A stretch of 32,000 nucleotides of DNA from assembly GCA_028698185.1 (NCBI GenBank), contig JAQVDW010000005.1:30001-62000 (forward strand). The letters run 5' to 3'. Below, in pieces: positions 8,509 to 17,062 of this stretch (its first letter is position 1; each line of letters opens with the position of its first letter). The translations under genes and the position numbers were made by a program. The notes beneath the pieces were generated by a model that worked only from the letters and a program-made list of their open reading frames with translations, did no database searches and was not told the origin of the DNA. The DNA comes from Erysipelotrichaceae bacterium. GTDB taxonomy: Bacteria > Bacillota_I > Bacilli_A > Erysipelotrichales > Coprobacillaceae.

Positions 8509-8532
8509 AAGTCCTCCTTAGACTGACAATAT

Positions 8533-8552
8533 TATAGCAATATTCTATCAAA
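8533..8552 (-). promoter_or_regulatory. Extended -10 promoter block of cof-1, paralogous to the block at 10695-10714
   Basis: Minus strand reads tttgaTAGAATattgctata. It is 18/20 identical to the block upstream of the second Cof gene (tttggTAGAATattgttata). Confidence 0.45.
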
Positions 8553-8671
8553 CTTGTACAAATTGGCTAGCAGTTGAAAGATATTGCGCAAATAAAGTAT
8601 GACAACGCGGAAATTATTGCAACGAATATATCATTTCCCAGAAAGTAAAGAAATATTTACAGTAACATTTA

Positions 8672-8700
8672 TTGAAATATGCGGATCGCTATGTTAATAT
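8672..8700 (+). promoter_or_regulatory. Sigma-A promoter of the ACR3 gene, followed by a TATCGATA palindrome
   Basis: TTGAAA (8672-8677), 17 nt, TAATAT (8695-8700). The palindrome tatcgata follows the -10 box. Confidence 0.6.
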
Positions 8701-8749
8701 ATCGATAGGTATAGATATGAAGATCGGTTTCAGGAAAAGAGGTAATAGT

Positions 8750-9805
8750 ATGAGTAAAGAAAAATTAGAAGGAATCAGCTTCTTCGAGCGACATTTAAGC
8801 GTTTGGGTAGTTCTTTGTATGGTGTTAGGTGTCGCCATCGGTCAGTTCTTCCCGGCAATTCCCGAGTTTTTGGCGCGCTTCGAGTTCGCCAATGTTTCTA
8901 TTCCCATCGCCATCTTGATCTGGCTGATGATCTACCCGATGATGATGAAGGTCGATTTCGCGAGCATCAAGAATGTCGGCAAGAATCCCCAGGGGCTTTA
9001 TGTGACCTGGGTTGTTAATTGGCTGGTCAAACCATTCACGATGTTCGCAATCGCCTATGTTTTTTTCAATATGGTATTCTCAGGTCTGATTTCCACTGAT
9101 CTGGCTCAAAGCTACCTGGCTGGAGCGGTGCTGCTTGGGGCGGCGCCTTGTACCGCGATGGTCTTCGTCTGGTCGCACCTTACCAAAGGCAACAGCGCCT
9201 ATACAATCGTCCAGGTGGCGACCAACGATTTGATCATCCTGGTGGCATTCACACCGATTGTGGCATTTTTGCTTGGGGTGTCGGGTATCGCCATCCCTTG
9301 GGACACGCTGATTCTTTCAGTCGTCCTGTTCGTGGTCATTCCGTTGGCTGGAGGAATCCTGACCCGAAGCAATGTCATCAAAAGCAAGGGCCTGGATTAT
9401 TTCAGCAACAAGTTCATTCCAAAGTTCAACAATTTAACCATCGCCGGGTTGCTTGTCACCCTGGTTTTGATCTTCTCGTTCCAGGGCCATGTCATCCTCG
9501 AGAATCCGATCCATATCGTTTTGATCGCAATCCCGCTGATTATCCAGACATTCCTTATTTTCGCGCTTGGATACGGGGCGGGCTATCTTTTGAAGTTGCC
9601 ACATTCGATTTCCGCACCGGCGGGAATGATCGGGGCGTCGAACTTCTTCGAGCTGGCTGTGGCCGTGGCGATTGCCCTGTTCGGAGCGGAGTCTCCCGTA
9701 GCCCTGGCGACAATTGTCGGGGTGCTTGTCGAGGTGCCAGTCATGTTGATTCTGGTGAAATTCGCGAATTCAACCCGGAATTATTTTTCAAAAGAAAAGG
9801 CTTAG
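8750..9805 (+). CDS. acr3: ACR3-family arsenite/antimonite efflux carrier (BART superfamily)
   Basis: ATG at 8750 follows AAAGAGG. MSKEKLEGISFFERHLSVWVVLCMVLGVAIGQFFP... and the ...LLGAAPCTAMVFVW... motif with the conserved Cys are typical of ACR3. Confidence 0.8.
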   Translation: MSKEKLEGISFFERHLSVWVVLCMVLGVAIGQFFPAIPEFLARFEFANVSIPIAILIWLMIYPMMMKVDFASIKNVGKNPQGLYVTWVVNWLVKPFTMFAIAYVFFNMVFSGLISTDLAQSYLAGAVLLGAAPCTAMVFVWSHLTKGNSAYTIVQVATNDLIILVAFTPIVAFLLGVSGIAIPWDTLILSVVLFVVIPLAGGILTRSNVIKSKGLDYFSNKFIPKFNNLTIAGLLVTLVLIFSFQGHVILENPIHIVLIAIPLIIQTFLIFALGYGAGYLLKLPHSISAPAGMIGASNFFELAVAVAIALFGAESPVALATIVGVLVEVPVMLILVKFANSTRNYFSKEKA

Positions 9806-9832
9806 ACATTAAATCGTCCAAGCCTCTTTTTT
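9798..9832 (+). terminator. Intrinsic terminator after acr3
   Basis: aggcttagac (9798-9807) / gtccaagcct (9816-9825), 9 of 10 bp paired, then ctcttttttat. It abuts the stop of the convergent HAD gene. Confidence 0.65.
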
Positions 9833-9833
9833 A

Positions 9834-10679
9834 TCATGACCGCGGTTCAATCAGTCCGAAATGGACAAAAGCGTTGTACAGACCGTCATCATCAACGCCA
9901 TCGGTCACATAGTCGGCCATGGCTTTTATCTCATCGCCACCGCTGCCCATGGCCACGCCCACCTGGCAGTGTTCGAGCATGTCAATGTCGATTTTGGCAT
10001 CACCAAAGGCGAAGGTATCCTTGATATCCGCTCCAAGGTAGTCGAGCAGGTGGTTGATCGCATTGGCTTTGGTGATTCCTTTGACTCCCAAATCCCCGAA
10101 CAGAGCGATTTCGCCAGCGCCGCCCCAGGTCCCCGGTTTGAGGTCTGGGAATTCCTTGATTGAATCAAGGTGGTCTTGATAGCTTTCAAGAATGAAGCTG
10201 ACCTTGTTAAGATCATCACGGTACAATTCTCCGCCGTAGATCATTTCTGGATAAATTTCATCAACCGTGATTGATCCGGCATTTTCTTTGCCTTTGCGGC
10301 GCGAATATTCCTGCATTATAGGAGTTGCCCGGGTCTTGAAGTTTTTCGAAGCGAACAGACCGTTATTGCTTTCTAGATAAAACTCCAGATTGCGCCCTAT
10401 CAGCCAGTCGACGATATGTTTGCCTTGTTCTTTGGTTATCAGCTGGTGCATCACCACGGTGCCATTGTCTTCGACATAGCTTCCGTTGCCTCCAATCATT
10501 CCGTCAAGTCCGATATCCCATAGGTATGGATACACTTCGGCTTTAGAACGGCCGGTACAGATATATACGCGGTGCCCGTTGTTGCGGGCTGCCTTGATAG
10601 CGTAATCCGCCGACTCCGGCAGTTTGTTTTCATAATTGACCAATGTTCCATCGACATCGATAAAGATAATTTTACTCAT
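9834..10679 (-). CDS. Cof-type HAD-IIB phosphatase (second copy)
   Basis: MSKIIFIDVDGTLVNYENKLPESADYAIKAARNNGHRVYICTGRS... and ...AFGDAKIDIDML... carry the HAD motifs. Confidence 0.85.
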   Translation of the reverse strand: MSKIIFIDVDGTLVNYENKLPESADYAIKAARNNGHRVYICTGRSKAEVYPYLWDIGLDGMIGGNGSYVEDNGTVVMHQLITKEQGKHIVDWLIGRNLEFYLESNNGLFASKNFKTRATPIMQEYSRRKGKENAGSITVDEIYPEMIYGGELYRDDLNKVSFILESYQDHLDSIKEFPDLKPGTWGGAGEIALFGDLGVKGITKANAINHLLDYLGADIKDTFAFGDAKIDIDMLEHCQVGVAMGSGGDEIKAMADYVTDGVDDDGLYNAFVHFGLIEPRS

Positions 10680-10694
10680 AATATCCTCCTCTAC

Positions 10695-10714
10695 TATAAC
10701 AATATTCTACCAAA
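10695..10714 (-). promoter_or_regulatory. Extended -10 promoter block of cof-2
   Basis: Minus strand reads tttggTAGAATattgttata, followed by gtagAGGAGG and the ATG. See 8533-8552. Confidence 0.45.
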
Positions 10715-11165
10715 TAATTAAAATCCTGTAAGGAAATTGCCGGATTTTGAAAGATTTGTGGCAAAAATTTCCCGGGAAAATCCTCTTGAGTGAAACAAAA
10801 ATATGTCAATTCAGGGTTCGGATGGATTGCCCTGACCGGTCGATTATAACATTAGCTCATGTTTCAGTTTTTGAATCGATTCCCTTTATTGACGGGCGTT
10901 TTAGAAGTTGGGGGCTACAAAAAACTTTCATCAACCAAGATCAACTCTTCCTTGGTGACTGGATTGTTTTCACGATGTCCAAAGTGACAATGAGGATCTG
11001 CTTGCACTAAGTGGCGAAGAGCTCCATAAATTCCCAGGACAACTTTTTCAGCCTATGTGTCACAATATCATCGAGGGTTATGATATCCTGTTTTGGGATG
11101 TGTAACGTGACTTTAAAACAATATCATCTTAATTTCAAATTTATAATTAATTTAGGAAGCATTTT

Positions 11166-11194
11166 TTGCATTAAAGGGCTATCAATGGTAGAAT
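11166..11194 (+). promoter_or_regulatory. Sigma-A promoter of the oxidoreductase-GT2-acyltransferase operon
   Basis: TTGCAT (11166-11171), 17 nt, TAGAAT (11189-11194), with TG at the extended -10 position. Confidence 0.6.
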
Positions 11195-11250
11195 TTGGGT
11201 AGTGGAGATGAATATTATAATTTTCGATGCAAACTAAAAGGGGAATGGTT

Positions 11251-12849
11251 ATGGAAATGGAAAATTGTATTGATGTTGTTATCGTCGGTGGGGGGATAGC
11301 TGGATTGACCAGTGGAGCCTATCTTGCCAAAGCCGGACTGCGGATATTGCTTTGTGAAAAAAACAGCCAGGTAGGGGGTTTGGTCAGCGCTTTCGCCCGG
11401 GATGGCTTCCATTTCGACGCCGGGGCCCGGGCGCTTGAAAATTCCGGGGTGATATTCCCGATGTTAAAACAACTGGGAATCGAAATGGAATTCGTCAAAA
11501 ACGAGATATCAATATCCCTGGGAAATGAGCGGATTTGGCTTAAGGACAAGATGAGCCTAGAGGATTATCAAAAGCTGCTTGTCAGGCATTTTCCCGACAA
11601 CACAAAGGATATCGCCTTGATTGTCAGGGAAATCAAAAAAGTAATCAGATACATGGATGTCATCTACGGCATCGACAATCCGCTGTTTAGCGACCAGCTC
11701 GACAATCCCGGATATCTGCTTAAAACCATAATGCCTTGGCTTGTCAAATACAATTACAACATGAAAAAAATCAAAAGGCTCAACCAGCCCATCAATGAAT
11801 ACCTAAGCAAATTTACGGAAAATAAGGTGTTGATAGATTTCATCACCCAGCATTTTTTCACTGCCACTCCGGCATTTTTTGCCCTGAGCTATTTTGGCTT
11901 GTATCTTGACTACTTCTATCCGCTCCACGGCACCCAGGAATTGGCTGTTAAGCTGGAAAAACACATCAAGGACCATGGCGGATTCATTGTTAGGAACACC
12001 AAGGTGGAAAAGGTCGATCATGATGACAAAATCGTTTCGACAGCTTCCGGGGAAAAGTTCAAATACAAAAGACTTATCTGGGCTGCCGACAACCGGACAC
12101 TTTACAATATCCTGGAATCCAAAAACGACAAGACCAACATGGCCATCGAGGCCCGCAAGATCAAGGTTCATCAGGCCAAAGGCGGCAACTCGGTCTTCTC
12201 GGTCTTCCTGGCGGTCGATCGCAAACCAGCATATTTCCAGGAAAAATGCGGACCCCATTGTTTCCACACTCCGGCAATCAAAGGGATAAGCGCCCTGGAA
12301 CCGCCCGAACAATTCACCCGGGAAAAGGTAAAGAACTATCTTCAGGAATACTTCAATACGACAACATATGAGATTTCCATTCCTTGCTTGCGCAATGAAC
12401 ATCTTGCCCCGGCCAATCAAAGCGGCATAATCATCTCGACCTTGCTTGACTACGGGCTTGTCGCAAAAATCCAGGATGAACTATGGTACGCCGAATTCAA
12501 GGAGTTTGCGATGGCTGCCATCATCGATGTGTTCGACCGGTCGCTTTTTAGCGGCTTCAAGGGTGACGTATTGGATTCAAGCTCCACGACGCCACTTTCA
12601 ATCGCGAAATACAATGGTTCATGGCAGGGTGCGATCACCGGATGGTCGTTTGAAAATTCGAAAATGCCCTGTGAGTCAAACCTGGCCAAGATCGCCAAGG
12701 CGGTGGAAACGGAGTTTGACGACATCTTCCAATGCGGTCAGTGGAGCTTCTCCCCTTCAGGGGTGCCGGTGAGCATTATCACCGGCAAGCTGGCCAGTGA
12801 CCGGATAATCAGTTCATTGAAACCGGACAAGGGGAATCACAATGGCTGA
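11251..12849 (+). CDS. FAD-dependent oxidoreductase, phytoene desaturase (CrtI/CrtP/CrtD-like, COG1233) family
   Basis: N-terminal dinucleotide fold ...IDVVIVGGGIAGLTSGAYLAKAGLRILLCEKNSQVGGL... About 533 aa. I prefer the ATG at 11251, 7 nt after AAAGGGG. The stop overlaps the next ATG. Confidence 0.75.
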   Translation: MEMENCIDVVIVGGGIAGLTSGAYLAKAGLRILLCEKNSQVGGLVSAFARDGFHFDAGARALENSGVIFPMLKQLGIEMEFVKNEISISLGNERIWLKDKMSLEDYQKLLVRHFPDNTKDIALIVREIKKVIRYMDVIYGIDNPLFSDQLDNPGYLLKTIMPWLVKYNYNMKKIKRLNQPINEYLSKFTENKVLIDFITQHFFTATPAFFALSYFGLYLDYFYPLHGTQELAVKLEKHIKDHGGFIVRNTKVEKVDHDDKIVSTASGEKFKYKRLIWAADNRTLYNILESKNDKTNMAIEARKIKVHQAKGGNSVFSVFLAVDRKPAYFQEKCGPHCFHTPAIKGISALEPPEQFTREKVKNYLQEYFNTTTYEISIPCLRNEHLAPANQSGIIISTLLDYGLVAKIQDELWYAEFKEFAMAAIIDVFDRSLFSGFKGDVLDSSSTTPLSIAKYNGSWQGAITGWSFENSKMPCESNLAKIAKAVETEFDDIFQCGQWSFSPSGVPVSIITGKLASDRIISSLKPDKGNHNG

Positions 12850-13933
12850 CTGGATCATTATCGCTACGGGACTGGCGGTTTCCTGGCTGCTTTTCTGGCG
12901 TTTTGATTTCCTGGGAAATGGCGATGGTGCAAGACCATCCCGGAAGCTTAGCGTCATCATCCCGGTGCGTAATGAGGAAGCCAACATCGCCCGACTGATC
13001 GGGGAGTTGCTTGAACAAAGCGATGCAGTCGATGAGATAATCTGCGTGAACGACGGATCGACCGACCGGAGTGCCACCATCATATCCGGTTACCCTGTCA
13101 TCCTGGTCGATATCGAAGAAAAACCGGAAGGCTGGATGGGCAAGTCATATGCCTGTTTCCTGGGTGCCAAGAAAAGCTCCAATGATCTGTTGTTGTTTAT
13201 CGACAGCGACGTTTCCTTGAAAAAAGGAGCGATTGGGGCGCTGCTTCATGCCTATGACAAACACCGGATGACCATCTCGGTTCTGCCCTACCACAAGATG
13301 GAAAAACGGTTTGAGTGGCAATCGCTGTTTTTCAACCTGATCCAGGTCGGTGCCAATGGTGCAAGCCTGGTGAAAAGGGGAATCCACGCAGGACTTTATG
13401 GTCCGGTTATCCTTATTGAAAAAAAAACATACCAGAATATCGGCACCCATGAAGCAATCAGACAAAGCATTGTCGACGATGTGGCACTAGGCCACCTGTT
13501 GCATGAGCGGGATTATGATTTCGAACTGTGCCTCGGGGGCGAACTGGTAAGTTATCGGATGTACCAGGACAGGAGAAGCCTTTTTCAGGGCTGGGTTAAA
13601 AACTATGCCACCGGCGCCCAATATGCACCAAAACTTCTGGGCATGATGGTGTTTTTCTGGGTCGCTTCATTGCTTGGGGTAACAATCAAGCTGGCCGGGA
13701 TTGTCTTTGGAGGTCAAGCTGCAGATATGCCCCTGGTGGCTATTGGTTTTTTTGCTTGGTTTGCTGAACTAAACAGGATAGCACCCAAGATCGGTAATTT
13801 CAAAAAATGGAGCCTGGCTTTGTTTCCTTACTACATTTTGGTTTTTGTGGCTGTGTTTGCCATCTCGCTCACAAAGAAAATTCTAAGACGACCAGTGACA
13901 TGGAAAGGTCGGAAAATAAAGGTGGAAAAATAA
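12842..13933 (+). CDS. Family-2 glycosyltransferase, CrtQ-like (4,4'-diaponeurosporenoate glycosyltransferase architecture)
   Basis: An N-terminal TM segment, then ...LSVIIPVRNEEANIARLI...VNDGSTDRS...W.GKSYAC...FIDSDV..., and C-terminal TM segments. The layout is colinear with S. aureus CrtQ as I recall it. Confidence 0.7.
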   Translation: MADWIIIATGLAVSWLLFWRFDFLGNGDGARPSRKLSVIIPVRNEEANIARLIGELLEQSDAVDEIICVNDGSTDRSATIISGYPVILVDIEEKPEGWMGKSYACFLGAKKSSNDLLLFIDSDVSLKKGAIGALLHAYDKHRMTISVLPYHKMEKRFEWQSLFFNLIQVGANGASLVKRGIHAGLYGPVILIEKKTYQNIGTHEAIRQSIVDDVALGHLLHERDYDFELCLGGELVSYRMYQDRRSLFQGWVKNYATGAQYAPKLLGMMVFFWVASLLGVTIKLAGIVFGGQAADMPLVAIGFFAWFAELNRIAPKIGNFKKWSLALFPYYILVFVAVFAISLTKKILRRPVTWKGRKIKVEK

Positions 13934-13934
13934 G

Positions 13935-14414
13935 ATGCGGATTTTTTATTTTGACAGTATCACGACAATCATTCTTTGTTTTGTTCTGTGGCCCTTGCTG
14001 CAACTTGGAGCCATGGAAATAACCTACCGGTTGCCAAGGAGCTACTACTCAGTTGACAACTGGATCTTCAAGCCCCGTTCTTTTGAAAGACAGGGTCGCT
14101 TCTACGAATCGGTTTTCAAAGTCAAAAGCTGGAAACACCTGCTGCCTGATGGAGCCAGATACTTCAAGCGGGGCTATAAAAAGAAAGAGCTAAGCGACTT
14201 CACGACCGGAAACCTCGAGATATTTGTGATGGAAACCTGCCGGGCGGAGCTGACCCACATCCTGGGGGCCTTGCCTTTTTTCCTGTTCGGTCTTTTCATT
14301 GAACCGGTCGGAGTATTTTTGATGTTCATTTATGCAATTTCCGTCAACCTGCCATGTCTGATTGTCCAGCGCTATAATCGCCTGCGCCTTTTGCGGGTCC
14401 TTTCCCGAAGATAA
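13935..14414 (+). CDS. CrtO-like membrane acyltransferase (glycosyl-diaponeurosporenoate acyltransferase family)
   Basis: 159 aa, membrane protein. ...KSWKHLLPDGARYFKRGYKKKEL...ETCRAELTH...LPCLIVQRYNRLRL... matches the CrtO family pattern. ATG lies 1 nt after the GT2 stop, with SD AAGGTGGA. Confidence 0.55.
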   Translation: MRIFYFDSITTIILCFVLWPLLQLGAMEITYRLPRSYYSVDNWIFKPRSFERQGRFYESVFKVKSWKHLLPDGARYFKRGYKKKELSDFTTGNLEIFVMETCRAELTHILGALPFFLFGLFIEPVGVFLMFIYAISVNLPCLIVQRYNRLRLLRVLSRR

Positions 14415-14417
14415 TAA

Positions 14418-14461
14418 CCACTGCCAGGTCATGGTGTCCGACCGGACAGTGGCTTTTTTAT
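14418..14461 (+). terminator. Intrinsic terminator after the three-gene operon
   Basis: ccactg...tgtcc gacc ggaca gtgg forms an interrupted stem, followed by cttttttatt. Confidence 0.6.
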
Positions 14462-14512
14462 TGCGGGACTAGTCGTTTCGATGATGCTTCTTGGCGGGAT
14501 CTTTAAAGTCAC

Positions 14513-14675
14513 CTAGTCGATGTTCAAGAATGGTCTTTTCGTTGCTTTCCTTATCCTTTTGAGCTTGACTTTGGTGATCTCGCGCCTGAGGTTCCAAATC
14601 AGGAACTCGGCGGTGTAGAACCGCAGGGTATTGAGTGAAATGCCAAGCATTTCACCTGTTTTTGACTGCGTACAA
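14513..14675 (-). pseudogene. Frameshifted and C-terminally truncated MerR-family regulator remnant
   Basis: SD AAAGGAG, then TTG-TAC-GCA-GTC-AAA-AAC (MYAVKN) runs into TGA at 14654-14652. One frame over, the HTH continues: ...GEMLGISLNTLRFYTAEFLIWNLRRE... (MerR pattern GIS..TLR.Y...GLI). The shift sits at the A5 run 14659-14663. The reading frame ends at 14513, with no room for the dimerisation or effector domain. Confidence 0.55.
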
Positions 14676-14793
14676 GGATTTCTCCTTTTTCCAGACTTGG
14701 AGTTGCTCTGATATAATATCACTTTATTATTGAACTAATAAAATGCAACGGAGCAACCGATTTTCAATTGCGGCAAATACTGCTCACTTTCGC

Positions 14794-14824
14794 TTGACAT
14801 GGAGTCGACTCTAGGGATTACAAT
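14794..14824 (+). promoter_or_regulatory. MerR-type promoter (box B): TTGACA, 19 bp, TACAAT
   Basis: -35 at 14794-14799, 19-nt spacer at 14800-14818 containing the dyad TGGAGTCGACTCTA (GAGTCGACTC is a perfect palindrome), -10 at 14819-14824. Lies 64 nt upstream of the MATE ATG. Confidence 0.65.
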
Positions 14825-14887
14825 GATTTTGCATAACGGCTCAATGTAACCGTATCTGCAAATAAATATTTCAATAAAGGAGCAATC

Positions 14888-16216
14888 ATGAATTTTACAA
14901 ACAAGGACTTACGGAACATGATCGTGCAGCTGTTTCTCGAACAGCTGCTGGTCATGTTGGTGGGCATCGTCGATACCTTCATCATCAGTTATGTCAGCGA
15001 GGCGGCGGTTTCCGGAGTTTCGCTGGTAAACATGTTCAACACCATCTTCATCTATCTATTTACCGCCCTGGCCTCGGGAGGCGCGGTTGTCATCAGCCAG
15101 TATCTCGGTTCCAAGGACCGGACCAATGGTGTCAAGGCATCCAGCCAGTTGCTGATGTTCTCGACATTGTTTGCGGTTGCCATGTCAGTGGCGATACTTG
15201 CCTTCGACAAGGTCCTGCTCAATGCCCTGTTCGGCCAGGTCGAACCCGACGTCATGGCGGCCTGCGTGACCTATCTTAAAATAAGTTCCTATTCCTATCC
15301 GGCATTGGCTATCTACAATGCCGGAGCGGCCCTTTACCGCTCGATGGGCAAAACCAAGGCCACCATGTATGTCGCCCTGGTGTCCAATGCCATCAATGCC
15401 ATCGGAAACGTTATCGGGGTTTTCATCTTGAAGGCGGGTGTGGCCGGGGTCGCCTATCCTTCTTTGATCGCCCGGGTGTTCTCGGCCGTGGCAATCACCT
15501 GGCTCTGTTTCAACCATAAACAGGATGTCCATTTCCGTTTCAAGGACATCGTAAACTGGGACGGCGCGATGCTTGGCAAGATTATGAAAATCGCGGTTCC
15601 CTACGGCATTGAAAGTGGGATTTTCCAGCTGGTCAAGGTCGCCCTTTCAAGCGTAGTGGCCCTGTTTGGTACCTACCAGATTGCCGCCAACGGGATTGCC
15701 CAGAGCATCTGGTCGCTTGCGGCCCTGCTTGGGGTGACGATGGGGCCGGTCTATATCACCGTCATCGGGCAGACGATGGGAGCGGGCGATTATGCCGCCG
15801 CCAAATACTATTTCAAGAAGCTGACCCGGCTGACGCTCGTCCTCTCGATCATCTGGAATGTCTTTATCTTCGCCCTAACCCCGGTGCTGATGCAGTTCTA
15901 TGCCATCTCGCAGGAGACGGTCAATCTGGTCATCGTCCTGGTTCTTATCCACAACGTGTTCAACACCGTGGCCTTCCCATTTTCGGGACCGCTGTCCAAC
16001 GGGCTTAGGGCTGCGGGCGATGTCCGGTTCACGATGTTCGTTTCGATCGGTTCGACCGTGCTGGGAAGGCTTATTTTCTCGATTGTCTTTGGCATCTATT
16101 TCAACCTCGGGGTCATCGGTATCGCTTTGGCCATGTGTCTGGACTGGTCGATCCGGGCGGTGATCTTCTTTTACCGCTACAAGTCTGGCCGCTGGCAGGA
16201 ATTCGAGGTTATCTGA
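14888..16216 (+). CDS. MATE-family multidrug/toxin efflux transporter
   Basis: 442 aa, 12-TM profile. The N-terminal ...NMIVQLFLEQLLVMLVGIVDTFIISYVSEAAVSGVSLVN... is typical of the MatE repeat. Confidence 0.85.
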   Translation: MNFTNKDLRNMIVQLFLEQLLVMLVGIVDTFIISYVSEAAVSGVSLVNMFNTIFIYLFTALASGGAVVISQYLGSKDRTNGVKASSQLLMFSTLFAVAMSVAILAFDKVLLNALFGQVEPDVMAACVTYLKISSYSYPALAIYNAGAALYRSMGKTKATMYVALVSNAINAIGNVIGVFILKAGVAGVAYPSLIARVFSAVAITWLCFNHKQDVHFRFKDIVNWDGAMLGKIMKIAVPYGIESGIFQLVKVALSSVVALFGTYQIAANGIAQSIWSLAALLGVTMGPVYITVIGQTMGAGDYAAAKYYFKKLTRLTLVLSIIWNVFIFALTPVLMQFYAISQETVNLVIVLVLIHNVFNTVAFPFSGPLSNGLRAAGDVRFTMFVSIGSTVLGRLIFSIVFGIYFNLGVIGIALAMCLDWSIRAVIFFYRYKSGRWQEFEVI

Positions 16217-16248
16217 TTCGTTTATTGATAGTAGTATGTTCGTGTCCG

Positions 16249-16283
16249 CCGGCCAGGTTTCCCATGATCTGGCTGGCTTTTTT
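16249..16283 (+). terminator. Intrinsic terminator after MATE
   Basis: ccggccag (16249-16256) / ctggctgg (16269-16276) with one GU pair, then cttttttc. Confidence 0.65.
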
Positions 16284-16389
16284 CATATGGGCAGTGGCGA
16301 TAACCATTCACTGGTAGCGCTCAAAAGGGCCCGGGAATGATGCAAACAAGCGCATAGATATGTTATAATCATTAAAAAGAGGTGAAATC

Positions 16390-16965
16390 ATGGCAATAAA
16401 CATCAAGGAGCTTGTCGCTGGGACCATGCTGGAGCTGGTGAAAAGACAAACGCTCGAATCGATCACAATCAAGGACATCCTGGAGGCATCCAAAATCAGC
16501 CGCCAGACCTTCTACAACCATTTCCAAGACAAGGACGACCTGATCCATTACATCTATGACCATATCATCATCCCCAATTTCAACGAGGCGGATGCCAAAC
16601 TCAACTTCTATGGAGCGTTACTTGTAGCTTTCGAGAACATGAAGAATCACCACACCTTTATGAAGCAGGCCTGCATTATGGAGGGGCAAAACTGCCTCAA
16701 GGACCACATCTTTGAACATTGCCGGGACTTCGACCTCAAATGGCACCAGGAGCTTTATGGCGATGCGCCGATGCCTGACGAGCTGGTTTTCGCGACCATC
16801 TATCACGCCACGGCATCAAGTTCGATGACTCTTTCCTGGATTCTGGCGAACATGCCGGTTCCTTGCGAGGAAATCGCCCTGATGATCGTCAAAATGCGCG
16901 GATTGGGAATGGAAGAACTGTTCGCCAAAGGAAAAACCAAAGGCAATCCCTACGCGGTGGATTGA
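16390..16965 (+). CDS. TetR/AcrR-family transcriptional regulator
   Basis: ...ITIKDILEASKISRQTFYNHFQDKDDLIHYIY... is a canonical TetR HTH. 191 aa. Preceded by an extended -10 (tgtTATAAT) and SD AAGAGGTGA. Confidence 0.85.
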   Translation: MAINIKELVAGTMLELVKRQTLESITIKDILEASKISRQTFYNHFQDKDDLIHYIYDHIIIPNFNEADAKLNFYGALLVAFENMKNHHTFMKQACIMEGQNCLKDHIFEHCRDFDLKWHQELYGDAPMPDELVFATIYHATASSSMTLSWILANMPVPCEEIALMIVKMRGLGMEELFAKGKTKGNPYAVD

Positions 16966-17021
16966 CAAAATTGCCAAAATGTCAATATGTGGATGATCGG
17001 CCGGGACTGTAAATTGGCCGG

Positions 17022-17045
17022 TCTAGAAGACTGTGGTATTCTAGA
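17022..17045. promoter_or_regulatory. Inverted repeat TCTAGAA-N10-TTCTAGA (candidate operator) upstream of the MBL-AKR pair
   Basis: tctagaa at 17022-17028 and ttctaga at 17039-17045, immediately upstream of SD AAGGAGG and the 17063 ATG. A TetR gene lies directly upstream. Confidence 0.3.
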
Positions 17046-17062
17046 TTCAAGGAGGATGACCT

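Noticed and set aside
9148-9912. Long alternative-frame or antisense ORFs inside recognisable genes, e.g. 9148-9912(+), 1792-2250(-), 4190-4690(-), 11803-12420(-), 16982-17503(-), 22322-22750(-), 29414-29983(-), 30674-31045(-)
   Set aside because: Each overlaps a gene with clear family signatures in another frame or strand. They are Arg/Pro/Gly-rich or of low complexity, lack SD sites, and are typical shadow ORFs in mid-GC DNA.
10740-11160. A 420-bp ORF-poor stretch containing ORFs 10747-11010 and 11011-11202. The minus-strand fragments (...HIPKQDIITLDDIVTHRLKKLSWEFMELFAT*, VQADPHCHFGHRENNPVTKEELILVDESFL*) look protein-like.
   Set aside because: I recognise no family, the fragments sit in different frames and have no starts. 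This is probably a gene relic, but I cannot support a call. A blastx search would decide.
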